Below are positions 1 to 8,049 of a DNA stretch of 12,590 nt, piece after piece (the stretch's first letter is position 1; the number at the start of each line of letters is the position of its first letter). Under the pieces are notes generated by a model. It was given only the letters and a program-made list of their open reading frames with translations, ran no database searches and was not told the origin of the DNA. The position numbers and the translations under genes were made by a program. The DNA is from Oligoflexales bacterium (GTDB lineage: Bacteria > Bdellovibrionota_B > Oligoflexia > Oligoflexales > Bog-1112): assembly GCA_045105515.1 (NCBI GenBank), contig JBGCDR010000081.1, positions 1 through 12,590 of the forward strand. Direction: 5' to 3'.

Positions 1-1
1 A

Positions 2-79
2 AATTATGGAAGAGCAATCACAAAAACGGAGGAAAAGTTTCATGACAACCTAAAAATAATCGGGCAATACTTAATTTAA
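2..79 (+). CDS. possible 3' end of an upstream gene converging on aceA (partial)
   Basis: The frame is open from the window edge: NYGRAITKTEEKFHDNLKIIGQYLI*, with TAA at 77-79. No recognisable motif, so this could be chance. Confidence 0.25.
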   Translation, partial: NYGRAITKTEEKFHDNLKIIGQYLI

Positions 80-158
80 AAACCCTTAAAATTACAACGA
101 TAAATCCCGCCAATCAGTTATTGAAATTCCTATACATTAAAACCCTTGAAAGTTACCC

Positions 159-181
159 CCTAGGTCCCCTTCGGGCCTAGG
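159..181. terminator. GC-rich hairpin just downstream of the aceA stop, probable terminator
   Basis: CCTAGGTCC-CCTTC-GGGCCTAGG is a 9-bp imperfect stem 15 nt past the aceA stop. The U-tract is weak on both strands. Confidence 0.45.
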
Positions 182-196
182 CATTACTATATTAGA

Positions 197-1549
197 CTAC
201 AATTTTAGTTCAGCTTCATTTGCAGGGCTGCAGTTTGCTGTAGCTTTATAACCAATAACTCCACTATCAAACTGTTCTGCCTCTGTAGAACCTTTTAAAG
301 CTGCAGTCTCTGCCTTTCCTTGAGTCACAGCCATTAAAACCTGGTCAAAGTAGCCTGTACCCACTTCTCTTTGATGTTTGGTTGCCGTGTAACCTTCAGC
401 TTCACGACCAAATTCTTTGTTCTGCAGATCAACATAGGCACTCATTCCAGTATCTCTGTAAGCTCTTGCCAAGTCGAAAGTATGATAGTTCAATAGATGC
501 CATCCAGCCAGAGTGATAAATTGAAATTTAAATCCTAACTGACCAAGGTCACGCTGGAAGCTTGCAATCGAATCGTCATCTAAGTGCTTAGACCAATGAA
601 ATGAAGGCGAGCAATTGTACGTCAAAGGCTTGCCAGGATAATTAGCATGAATTGCTTCCGCAAACTTCTGAGCTTCATTGATATCAGGATATGATGTTTC
701 AAACCACAAGACATCAGCATAAGGTGCATAAGCAAGGCCTCGGGCAATTGCTGACTCCAAACCGTCTTTAATCCTATAGAAACCCTCAGGAGTTCGATCA
801 CCACTAATAAACTGACGATCATACTCATCGATGTCAGAAGTCAATAATTTAGCAGCTAATGCATCTGTACGAGCAACTATCACGCTAGGTACCCCGCAAA
901 CATCACTTGCTAAACGTGCGGCAGTCAATGTTTTTATAAACTGAGAGGTTGGTACAAGAACCTTTCCACCCAAGTGTCCGCATTTCTTTTCGGAAGCTAG
1001 TTGATCTTCAAAATGCACTGCACCTGCACCTGCCTCAATCATTGATTTCATTAGCTCAAAGGCATGAAGAGGTCCACCAAAACCGGCTTCAGCATCAGCT
1101 AGAATGGGAACGTACCAATCATGATTGACAGTACCTTCAACACGCTCAATCTGTTCGGCACGCATTAAGGCATTTTGAATACGCTTGACGAGGGCAGGAG
1201 CACTGTTTGATGGGTATAAGCTCTGGTCCGGATAGGTTTGAGAACTTTGATTAGCATCAGCCGCAACCTGCCATCCACTGAGATAAATTGCCTTTAAGCC
1301 AGCCTTAACCATATTAACTGCTTGAGCACCTGTTAGAGCACCCAGAGCATTGGTATATCCATCATTTTGTAGGATCTCCCAAAACTTCTTCGCGCCAATC
1401 TCAGCTAGGGTATAACGAACAGGAATCGAAGGTCTAAGCTTTAAAACTTCATCGGTGCTATAGTTGCGAACAATCCCTTTCCAGCGTGCACTTTCTTGCC
1501 AATTTTTTTGCATTTCACTATTTGTTAGAGAATGACTTAAATTTTCCAT
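197..1549 (-). CDS. aceA: isocitrate lyase
   Basis: Contains the catalytic KKCGH motif plus [44 protein letters not shown] and GSTEAEQF. The RBS AGGAG overlaps the aceB stop. Confidence 0.98.
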   Translation of the reverse strand: MENLSHSLTNSEMQKNWQESARWKGIVRNYSTDEVLKLRPSIPVRYTLAEIGAKKFWEILQNDGYTNALGALTGAQAVNMVKAGLKAIYLSGWQVAADANQSSQTYPDQSLYPSNSAPALVKRIQNALMRAEQIERVEGTVNHDWYVPILADAEAGFGGPLHAFELMKSMIEAGAGAVHFEDQLASEKKCGHLGGKVLVPTSQFIKTLTAARLASDVCGVPSVIVARTDALAAKLLTSDIDEYDRQFISGDRTPEGFYRIKDGLESAIARGLAYAPYADVLWFETSYPDINEAQKFAEAIHANYPGKPLTYNCSPSFHWSKHLDDDSIASFQRDLGQLGFKFQFITLAGWHLLNYHTFDLARAYRDTGMSAYVDLQNKEFGREAEGYTATKHQREVGTGYFDQVLMAVTQGKAETAALKGSTEAEQFDSGVIGYKATANCSPANEAELKL

Positions 1550-1559
1550 TTTTTTGCTC

Positions 1560-3161
1560 CTAATTTTTTGACATTGAATGGTTTTTTTCTGTAAGCACCT
1601 GATATGCTGGGATCGTGAGAAATTCAGTAAATTCCTGGTCTAAGACCAGATTATCTAGAATCTGCGATGCCTCCCTCAGATATCCTTGACTCTCTCCACC
1701 GATTCGCTTGAGTTCGTCTTCTTTAATTTGCATATAGAGGCCTTTCGAAAAGGCTCTACCATCGTCTAGCGTGACCCTATGATTCATCCACTGCCAGAGC
1801 TGGGCCCTTGAAATTTCAGCTGTCGCCGCATCTTCCATCAAATTATTGATAGCCACCGCACCTAAACCATGGAGCCAATTTTCAATATACTGCAATGCCA
1901 CACTCATATTAGCTCGTACTCCAGCTTCGGAAATAACTCCTGCATCGAGTCCAGAATGAAGTAAATCCTTCGCCTCAACATGCACATCTGTGCGCTTGAC
2001 ATGCTTCTGATGTGGAGCTTCCTCTAAAACTCGGTCAAAGGCCAATTTGGCTACGGACACTAGGTCTGGGTGCGCAACCCAAGTACCGTCAAATCCGTCC
2101 TGAGCTTCTCTTTCTTTATCTGCCTTAACAGCCGAGATAGCTTGTTCTGTGACTTCTGGCAACTTGCGATTAGGAATAAATGCACTCATGCCTCCGATAG
2201 CATGGGCTCCATGAGTATGGCAGCTTTTTACGAGGAGTTCCGTATAAGCACGCATAAAGGGAACAATCATGGTAATCTGAGCACGGTCTGGAAGAACAAA
2301 ATTAGGGTTATCACGAAAACGCTTAATATAACTAAATATGTAGTCCCAACGGCCTGCATTAAGTCCTGAGCTATGATCCTTTAGCTCATACAAAATCTCT
2401 TCCATCTGAAATGCTGCTAAAATAGTTTCAATCAGGACGGTAGCTCTTATACTACCATAAGGAATCCCAAGGTAAGTTTGAGCCTCGGTAAACACTTGGT
2501 TCCACAACCTAGCTTCAGAGTAATGTTCTAGTTTAGGAAGATAAAAATATGGTCCACTGCCATTTTCGAGGAGAGTCTTGCCGTTATGAAAAATATAAAG
2601 CCCAAAGTCCATAAGGCTTGCACTAATCTTCTCTCCATCAACTAAAATATGAGAATCCAACAAATGCCACCCTCTTGGTCTTACTAAGAGGGTGGCTATT
2701 TTGTCATTAAGTTGATAGGACTTACCATTTTCAGCAACAAAATCGATTTCTCTACGAACTGCACGCTTAAGGTTCAACTGACCTTCGAGGATATTTTTCC
2801 AACTTGGGGAAAGCGCATCTTCGAGGTCAGCCATAAACACTTTGGCACCTGAATTTAAAGCATTGATCATCATCTTACGATCAGTAGGCCCCGTTATTTC
2901 TACCCTTCGATCGTTTAGGTCCGATGGAGGGTTAGCGACCTGCCAGCCCCCCCCCCTAATGGATTTAGTTTCAGGGGCAAAATCAGGCATAAGTCCCTTG
3001 GAAATCTGGACCTGCCTTTTTATGCGAGCCTCAAGTAAGCTTTTGCGCTCAGTATTAAATTTACGATGTAGATAGCCAATAAAGTTAAGCGCCTCAGGAG
3101 TTAATAATGATTCTCGAAACGAATCTTCAACACCTCCCAAGACCCTGACAGTGTTAGACAT
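1560..3161 (-). CDS. aceB: malate synthase A
   Basis: Motifs [55 protein letters not shown] and [13 protein letters not shown] moved the start from TTG 3251 to ATG 3161 (533 aa) because a GAAAGGA RBS precedes it and 3251 lies inside the predicted promoter. Confidence 0.97.
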   Translation of the reverse strand: MSNTVRVLGGVEDSFRESLLTPEALNFIGYLHRKFNTERKSLLEARIKRQVQISKGLMPDFAPETKSIRGGGWQVANPPSDLNDRRVEITGPTDRKMMINALNSGAKVFMADLEDALSPSWKNILEGQLNLKRAVRREIDFVAENGKSYQLNDKIATLLVRPRGWHLLDSHILVDGEKISASLMDFGLYIFHNGKTLLENGSGPYFYLPKLEHYSEARLWNQVFTEAQTYLGIPYGSIRATVLIETILAAFQMEEILYELKDHSSGLNAGRWDYIFSYIKRFRDNPNFVLPDRAQITMIVPFMRAYTELLVKSCHTHGAHAIGGMSAFIPNRKLPEVTEQAISAVKADKEREAQDGFDGTWVAHPDLVSVAKLAFDRVLEEAPHQKHVKRTDVHVEAKDLLHSGLDAGVISEAGVRANMSVALQYIENWLHGLGAVAINNLMEDAATAEISRAQLWQWMNHRVTLDDGRAFSKGLYMQIKEDELKRIGGESQGYLREASQILDNLVLDQEFTEFLTIPAYQVLTEKNHSMSKN

Positions 3162-3228
3162 GGTCTGTCCTTTCATTTTATTGCCATACGAGTAAGCATG
3201 GCCTCTATGGGCATAATTTCTTTTAACA

Positions 3229-3258
3229 ACTATAGATTTTTTTGGGAGCAATCGTCAA
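3229..3258 (-). promoter_or_regulatory. sigma70-type promoter of aceBA
   Basis: On the minus strand, TTGACG (3258-3253) - 18 nt - TATAGT (3234-3229). Each hexamer matches consensus at 5/6. Confidence 0.6.
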
Positions 3259-3295
3259 TGAGTGAAATAGGTAAAAGTTTTGTAAAGCAGCAAGC

Positions 3296-4174
3296 TTAGC
3301 AATCTTCAACTTCGAATTCTATGTCTTGATCATCATCAGAAGAAACAATATCATCATCAGAAGAAACCATGGTATATTCTTCTTTTTTGACGGATCTTAA
3401 TTCTGGCAGTATATTCTCTTTAGGTTTACGCAACTCAGCACCAATTCTTTCATTAATAAGTCCATAGCCAGGCCATACTTTGACCCACTGTTTACGGGCA
3501 AAATCCAATGCTTCTTCCGCTACTATAAACGTTTTCTTTGCCGCTTCGTAGGAGTCTAATTTCATAAATTCCTGAGCTTGCATGTTGCTCGGCATAACCA
3601 CTACAAAAGACTGGTTTTCAATTCTGATGGAATAGGAGGTGTGAGTATGCACTAAAGTTTTATAACCAACCTTAGCTAGGAGGCCTTTATCGTATGCATG
3701 TAACTTTGATAAACTTTCTTGAATTTTATAGTAATCAATAGGGACTTTCCCCTGGTCTGGACTTTCTTGCTTTTTCTTTAACAATCCTTCTTTTACACAC
3801 ATTAACATTAGATTTTCATTATGATCACATAACTCTAATCCAGAGTGATAAATCTCAGAGTTAAATTGGTTAGGCTCACACCAAATCACAGCTAATTTTA
3901 TAGTTTTTTCCTGTTTGGGAAGCTTGAAAAGAAAAGTCATATTAGGAGCGAGCTGCATGCGGGTAACAAGAGATATACCAAATTTCGAGATATCAGTACT
4001 AACACAAGCTAGTAGTGTTAATTCGTCACTAAACAAGAAATATTCTGAAAGGTTTTGCTTAAATACATAGCGAGGCATTTTCAGATAATTCTTAAGCTTT
4101 TCTATTTGCGGATCTGTTAAGCAGCGCACTTTAGTTGGATTCTCAGCTGGTACTTTTGCTTGATTGTGTGCCAT
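3296..4174 (-). CDS. hypothetical protein with an N-terminal PilZ-like domain and an acidic tail
   Basis: 292-aa ORF with a GAGG RBS. STDISKFGISL matches the PilZ D/NxSxxG motif and is followed by VIWC...YHSGLEL, typical PilZ C-terminal strands. The RxxxR motif is degenerate (LKMPR). Confidence 0.7.
   Translation of the reverse strand: MAHNQAKVPAENPTKVRCLTDPQIEKLKNYLKMPRYVFKQNLSEYFLFSDELTLLACVSTDISKFGISLVTRMQLAPNMTFLFKLPKQEKTIKLAVIWCEPNQFNSEIYHSGLELCDHNENLMLMCVKEGLLKKKQESPDQGKVPIDYYKIQESLSKLHAYDKGLLAKVGYKTLVHTHTSYSIRIENQSFVVVMPSNMQAQEFMKLDSYEAAKKTFIVAEEALDFARKQWVKVWPGYGLINERIGAELRKPKENILPELRSVKKEEYTMVSSDDDIVSSDDDQDIEFEVEDC
3329..3370. repeat. 21-bp in-frame tandem duplication encoding the VSSDDD repeat
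   Basis: ATCATCATCAGAAGAAACAAT (3329-3349) and ATCATCATCAGAAGAAACCAT (3350-3370) are 20/21 identical. Confidence 0.9.
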
Positions 4175-4253
4175 AGCCTCACTGAATATATTGATTTTTT
4201 GATCACAAAGGACTTGCCACAGGAGGTATCGGTATTTTTTCTTTTGTTTTTAG

Positions 4254-4287
4254 AAATAAAAAATCCCTAGAACGGATAGTTTCAGGG
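4254..4287 (-). terminator. rho-independent terminator after recA
   Basis: The minus strand reads CCCTGAAAC-TATCC-GTTCTAGGG followed by ATTTTTTATTT. Confidence 0.6.
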
Positions 4288-4292
4288 CAGGA

Positions 4293-4320
4293 CCCATCTA
4301 AGCACTTATGCTTAGATGGG
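4293..4320. repeat. perfect 12-bp inverted repeat downstream of recA
   Basis: CCCATCTAAGCA-CTTA-TGCTTAGATGGG, with no U-tract on either side. Confidence 0.85.
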
Positions 4321-4371
4321 AATACACAATTATTTTAGTAACACTAAACTCATTCAGTTACAAACAAGTGC

Positions 4372-5481
4372 TTAAGCATCTAGTTGCTTACTTGCAGCAG
4401 ACTTACGACCACGTCCTGATTTACCACTGCCCTCCGGGGCAGTTTGAGCCTTAGGCTTATCACCTGCATCTCCAGCTTCATCAGCAGCCATTCCATAGAC
4501 CTTAAGGATCTCAAGCTTGATGCGCTCCCTAAGTTCATGATTCTCCTCAAGCAGGCCTTTAACCCCTTCTCTTCCTTGGCCCAAGCGTTCATCCTTATAG
4601 GAAAACCATGAACCTGCCTTTTTTACAAGTCCATGAGCCACAGCTAAGTCCAAGATATCTCCTGCAAGAGAGATTCCCTTGTTAAACATAATATCAAACT
4701 CAGCCTGCTTAAATGGAGCAGCTAGTTTATTTTTTACGACCTTAACCCGAACCCGGTTGCCAATCGCTTCATCACCAACTTTAATAGAAGCTATTCTCCG
4801 AATATCAAGGCGCATAGAAGAATAAAACTTTAAAGCATTACCACCAGTTGTTGTCTCGGGACTACCAAAAGTCACACCAATTTTAGAGCGCAGCTGGTTA
4901 ATAAAAATAACGCTGCAGTTGGTGCGGCTCACTAGGCCGGTCAATTTCCTTAGAGCCTGCGACATCAGCCTTGCCTGTAAGCCAACATGCCGGTCTCCCA
5001 TATCCCCTTCCAGTTCTGCCTTAGGGGTTAATGCCGCGACCGAGTCAATCACCACCACATCAACCGCTGCACTGCGTACGAGCATCTCTACAATTTCTAA
5101 AGCCTGCTCACCAGTATCAGGTTGAGACACGAGGAGGTTATCAAGATCTACACCAATTTTTTTCGCATAAGAGGTATCAAGGGCATGCTCAGCATCCACA
5201 AATGCACAGACTCCACCTACTTTTTGCGCCTCTGCAATTACGTGTAGGGTCATGGTTGTTTTACCACTCGATTCAGGGCCAAAGATCTCTGCAATCCTGC
5301 CCTTTGGCAAACCACCAATACCCAGGCCAATGTCAAGCGACAATGAACCCGTGGAGACCGATGGAGCCTTGACTAGCGCATCGCTCCCAAGGCGCATAAT
5401 AGCGCCCTTGCCAAACTGTTTTTCTATCGCTCCTACTGCATGCTCAAGAGCCTGGAGCTTTTCTTTTTCCGAAATAGCCAT
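4372..5481 (-). CDS. recA: recombinase RecA
   Basis: Walker [10 protein letters not shown], Walker [11 protein letters not shown], and [38 protein letters not shown]. The AAGGGG RBS lies within the end of the upstream gene. Confidence 0.99.
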   Translation of the reverse strand: MAISEKEKLQALEHAVGAIEKQFGKGAIMRLGSDALVKAPSVSTGSLSLDIGLGIGGLPKGRIAEIFGPESSGKTTMTLHVIAEAQKVGGVCAFVDAEHALDTSYAKKIGVDLDNLLVSQPDTGEQALEIVEMLVRSAAVDVVVIDSVAALTPKAELEGDMGDRHVGLQARLMSQALRKLTGLVSRTNCSVIFINQLRSKIGVTFGSPETTTGGNALKFYSSMRLDIRRIASIKVGDEAIGNRVRVKVVKNKLAAPFKQAEFDIMFNKGISLAGDILDLAVAHGLVKKAGSWFSYKDERLGQGREGVKGLLEENHELRERIKLEILKVYGMAADEAGDAGDKPKAQTAPEGSGKSGRGRKSAASKQLDA

Positions 5482-5487
5482 GGTTTA

Positions 5488-6225
5488 TTACCCCTTCTTA
5501 TCTTTTAATGAATGTTCCACAGAGCGAATATCTTCAACCGCAAGTATGGTTCCACCAACCACAGCAAGCGGCATTAGTATCAATTGCATGCCAGGAATCA
5601 AAAGCCAGAGGCCCAAACCTAACACGGACCAAATATGGGTGACAACAAAGTTAAGTCTTTTGCGAAAAGTCCAGCCCCTTCTGGCCAATGGAAAATCGTA
5701 AAGATCCCAGCCTACACAAAAGGCGGCAACAACCGGAGCAAGAATACTCACAACTGGTATAAACAAGAAAGCCAAAGATAAAATCATAATAAACAGAGCC
5801 TTTTTTATCTCCTCTCCCATGAGCTTAACTGATTCCCACAGGCTTACCTCTGGAGGTGGGCCTTGAATTAAATCGCGTTCTACTGCCATAGAAACATAAT
5901 CATAGATAGGCGAGGAGACTACATTGATAAACAAGGCATAAAAAATCAGCCCCAAAACAAAAATCACCGCATATAGCAGACCTTTGACCACATAATATCC
6001 GGTTACCCCCCACCAGCTCTCCGGTTTGGCAAACATGAGCCATTGAAAGGCATCATCTTGATACTGCCAAAAATAACCTCCTCCCAAAAGAAGCAGGCCA
6101 AGCCCTAAAATAATGGGACCAAACAATAGTAACAAATAAAATGGATGAGCTTTCAACCAAGAAATACCGCGAATAAAACTATGCCATCCTCTTGCCGTAT
6201 TACGTATAGGAGAAAATAAGGACAC
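5488..6225 (-). CDS. EI24/CysZ-like integral membrane protein
   Basis: Several hydrophobic segments, with NVVSSPIYDYVSMAVE, LFIPVV, YDFPLARRG and LLIPGMQLILMPLAVVGGT matching the CysZ/EI24 pattern. GTG start with a GAGG RBS, and a 6-bp gap to recA. Confidence 0.82.
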   Translation of the reverse strand: MSLFSPIRNTARGWHSFIRGISWLKAHPFYLLLLFGPIILGLGLLLLGGGYFWQYQDDAFQWLMFAKPESWWGVTGYYVVKGLLYAVIFVLGLIFYALFINVVSSPIYDYVSMAVERDLIQGPPPEVSLWESVKLMGEEIKKALFIMILSLAFLFIPVVSILAPVVAAFCVGWDLYDFPLARRGWTFRKRLNFVVTHIWSVLGLGLWLLIPGMQLILMPLAVVGGTILAVEDIRSVEHSLKDKKG

Positions 6226-6396
6226 CAGTAACCTCGCTTTCTTAACAGCTTGCGGGAAATTTCTACTTCCTCAAAGCACTAAAAATGCCTGGAATGAGGC
6301 TACGATAGTCAGCATCTATGGCGAGAGCAAGAGATTTCTTCCCTTTCTTACTACACTCCCACTCCTAATAAAGATAAGTCTTCAAGCCGATAGTTA

Positions 6397-6466
6397 GTTA
6401 CCTAGATTGTAATGGAACGGCACTCTGCTAATTTGTTTGAGATCTCTCGACCTTGCTCGAGATGAC
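6397..6466. repeat. 70-bp palindromic (REP/RPE-like) element, copy A, with a degenerate left arm
   Basis: The right arm AGATCTCTCGACCTTGCTCGAGATGAC (6440-6466) is identical to 6601-6627. The left arm GTTACCTAGATTGTAATGGAACGG matches the copy B left arm at 18/24, at the same 161-bp offset. Confidence 0.75.
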
Positions 6467-6538
6467 GATGGCTTAAAACCAGATGACGATGGCTTAAAAC
6501 TAGATGACGATGACTTAAAACCAGATGACGATGGCTTA
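6460..6538. repeat. 21-bp tandem array (3 full copies plus 1 partial copy)
   Basis: The unit AGATGACGATGGCTTAAAACC starts at 6460, 6481 (last base T), 6502 (one G>A change) and 6523 (16 nt only). There are no spacers. Confidence 0.95.
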
Positions 6539-6557
6539 TGAAATGAAGAGAACATTA

Positions 6558-6627
6558 GTCACCTCGACTGAAATGGAGAGGTCTTAAGGTAATTTTGCCA
6601 AGATCTCTCGACCTTGCTCGAGATGAC
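6558..6627. repeat. 70-bp palindromic (REP/RPE-like) element, copy B
   Basis: GTCACCTCGACTGAAATGGAGAGGTCT - 16 nt - AGATCTCTCGACCTTGCTCGAGATGAC. The arms are 19/27 complementary with GTCA...TGAC termini, and the right arm has an internal hairpin TCTCGA/TCGAGA. Confidence 0.85.
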
Positions 6628-6649
6628 ATTGATACTAAAGGACTTTGGC

Positions 6650-7966
6650 ATGCAAGCTTCCTACCAACAGACTAAAATTTTTTTAATCATTCTCCTAGCA
6701 TTACTGAATGCCGTGGCAGCTGCAAAATTACTCGCGCAGGAAAAGGAAAAGGCTCTTCCTCAACGGATTGCATTACCCTGGAAAGCACTCAACTATTCCC
6801 ATTCTTTTATGATTCGCAACAAACAATCCTTGAAGGCTGCCAATAAAACATGGCAAGGTCAGTGGCTTAGGCGCGAAAGACCTTTAATATCAGACCCTCA
6901 GATCACAGCAAACAAGAAGCTGACCATCAACTTGAGACAGCGCTTACAAGGCGTCATGGTTGGAGAAACTAAGCAAGACAAGCTCGGGAATACATCCCTT
7001 TCTGCTCAGCCTATTATCTGCCCACTGGGAGATCAGAGCCTCGTCATGATAAGCATCATTGATACTGAAAGGGACTACCTAATGGGTTCAGGCCACTCAG
7101 TGATCCCAAGCCAAGATCTGTTCAACGCTCAAAACCCAGATCAGCAACCCACTGTTTCGCAAATCCTTAGCGACATGTTAAGACAAGCTGGAGAACGAGC
7201 AATAGCAAATGCCGGATTTCAGAGTCAGTTGCAAGATGCACTACAAATTAGCTTCAGAAATGTTCGTCAGGTTACGCGCCAAGATTATGGATCAACACTA
7301 TGTTTAAACCTATTAGTAAGCGAAGTCTTGGCAAAGGAAGGCTACCAGATAATTCCCAGCATTGGCCTAGAAGATTTAAGAAGTTTAAAACGCATATACC
7401 AAGGAAAACAAGCTAGCATGCGCGCAACGCGGTCGTTCAAGATGGAATGGTCTTTTCCCCTTAAACCTTACCCTGCACCAACCAGCTTTCCGTTGCAAAT
7501 TTCGCTTAAGATGGAATATGCAGAATCAATCTTTGCTAGCGGCATTAGCGCCAAATCACCTGAACCAAGCTTAATCGAATTCTCCCAAGGCCCTGATCGC
7601 AGCCTCGAATACAAGATACCTGAAGAGCTGTTCCAAATTCTGGCACAGGAAAAACAAGCTCTTCAATACCAAGACAAACCCCAAATCAGTGCTATCAACC
7701 GTGCATGGGTGTATGTGGATAGAGGCCGTGCATGGGGCTTACGCATGCGAGACCGCCTTGTCATCGGAACAGAGGAAAAAATCAAAGGCCATGTGGTAGG
7801 CTTCTTTGGTCCAGAACTGGGTTTAAAATCGCCTAGAGGCCACCCTATACATGAAGGGGCGATCATATTTATTCGTAAGGGTCAGGCGGATGTAAGAATA
7901 GGCCAGGAATTTGACTACGACCAACAAAGCTACCCCACTCCTTGGCCCCCTCCTGAGAAAGGTTGA
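6650..7966 (+). CDS. exported hypothetical protein, possible FlgT C-terminal-like domain
   Basis: Long ORF. I placed the start at ATG 6650 (AAAGGA RBS 7 nt upstream) because TTG 6614 lies inside the repeat. It has a signal-peptide-like KIFLIILLALLNAVAAAKLLA, and the C-terminal WVYVDRGRAWGLRMRDRLVI resembles the FlgT_C VYIxxGxxxGLxxGDxL pattern. Confidence 0.75.
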   Translation: MQASYQQTKIFLIILLALLNAVAAAKLLAQEKEKALPQRIALPWKALNYSHSFMIRNKQSLKAANKTWQGQWLRRERPLISDPQITANKKLTINLRQRLQGVMVGETKQDKLGNTSLSAQPIICPLGDQSLVMISIIDTERDYLMGSGHSVIPSQDLFNAQNPDQQPTVSQILSDMLRQAGERAIANAGFQSQLQDALQISFRNVRQVTRQDYGSTLCLNLLVSEVLAKEGYQIIPSIGLEDLRSLKRIYQGKQASMRATRSFKMEWSFPLKPYPAPTSFPLQISLKMEYAESIFASGISAKSPEPSLIEFSQGPDRSLEYKIPEELFQILAQEKQALQYQDKPQISAINRAWVYVDRGRAWGLRMRDRLVIGTEEKIKGHVVGFFGPELGLKSPRGHPIHEGAIIFIRKGQADVRIGQEFDYDQQSYPTPWPPPEKG

Positions 7967-8049
7967 TGCTTGCTATCAGGAATTGTTGCGCATAATATCC
8001 AGAGCATGAGCAGGCGAGAACTTGAATAATGAATCTAGCAAGGTAGTCA

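Noticed and set aside
79..156. Imperfect direct repeat AAAACCCTT(A/G)AAA at a 60-bp offset
   Set aside because: It is short, AT-rich and present in only two copies, which is compatible with chance.
197..268. AceA C-terminal extension ending ELKL, reminiscent of a peroxisomal PTS1 signal
   Set aside because: LKL is not a canonical PTS1 and the context is a bacterial operon. It is most likely a variable tail.
3162..3251. N-terminal 30-aa extension of AceB in the ORF track
   Set aside because: It overlaps the predicted promoter and leader. The RBS and the expected protein length support ATG 3161.
6226..6412. LexA/SOS box upstream of the EI24-recA unit
   Set aside because: I found no convincing CTGT-N8-ACAG, GAAC-N4-GTTC or TTAC-N3-GTAA site. 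The TTAC-N7-GTAA at 6398-6412 belongs to the decayed repeat arm.
6437..6541. Small ORF encoding DDDGLKP-like repeats
   Set aside because: It has only a TTG start with no RBS, and it stays open simply because the repeat period is a multiple of 3.
6440..6627. CRISPR array interpretation of the repeats
   Set aside because: The 21-bp units abut with no spacers, the 27-bp repeat occurs only twice with 134 bp between copies, and there are no cas genes.
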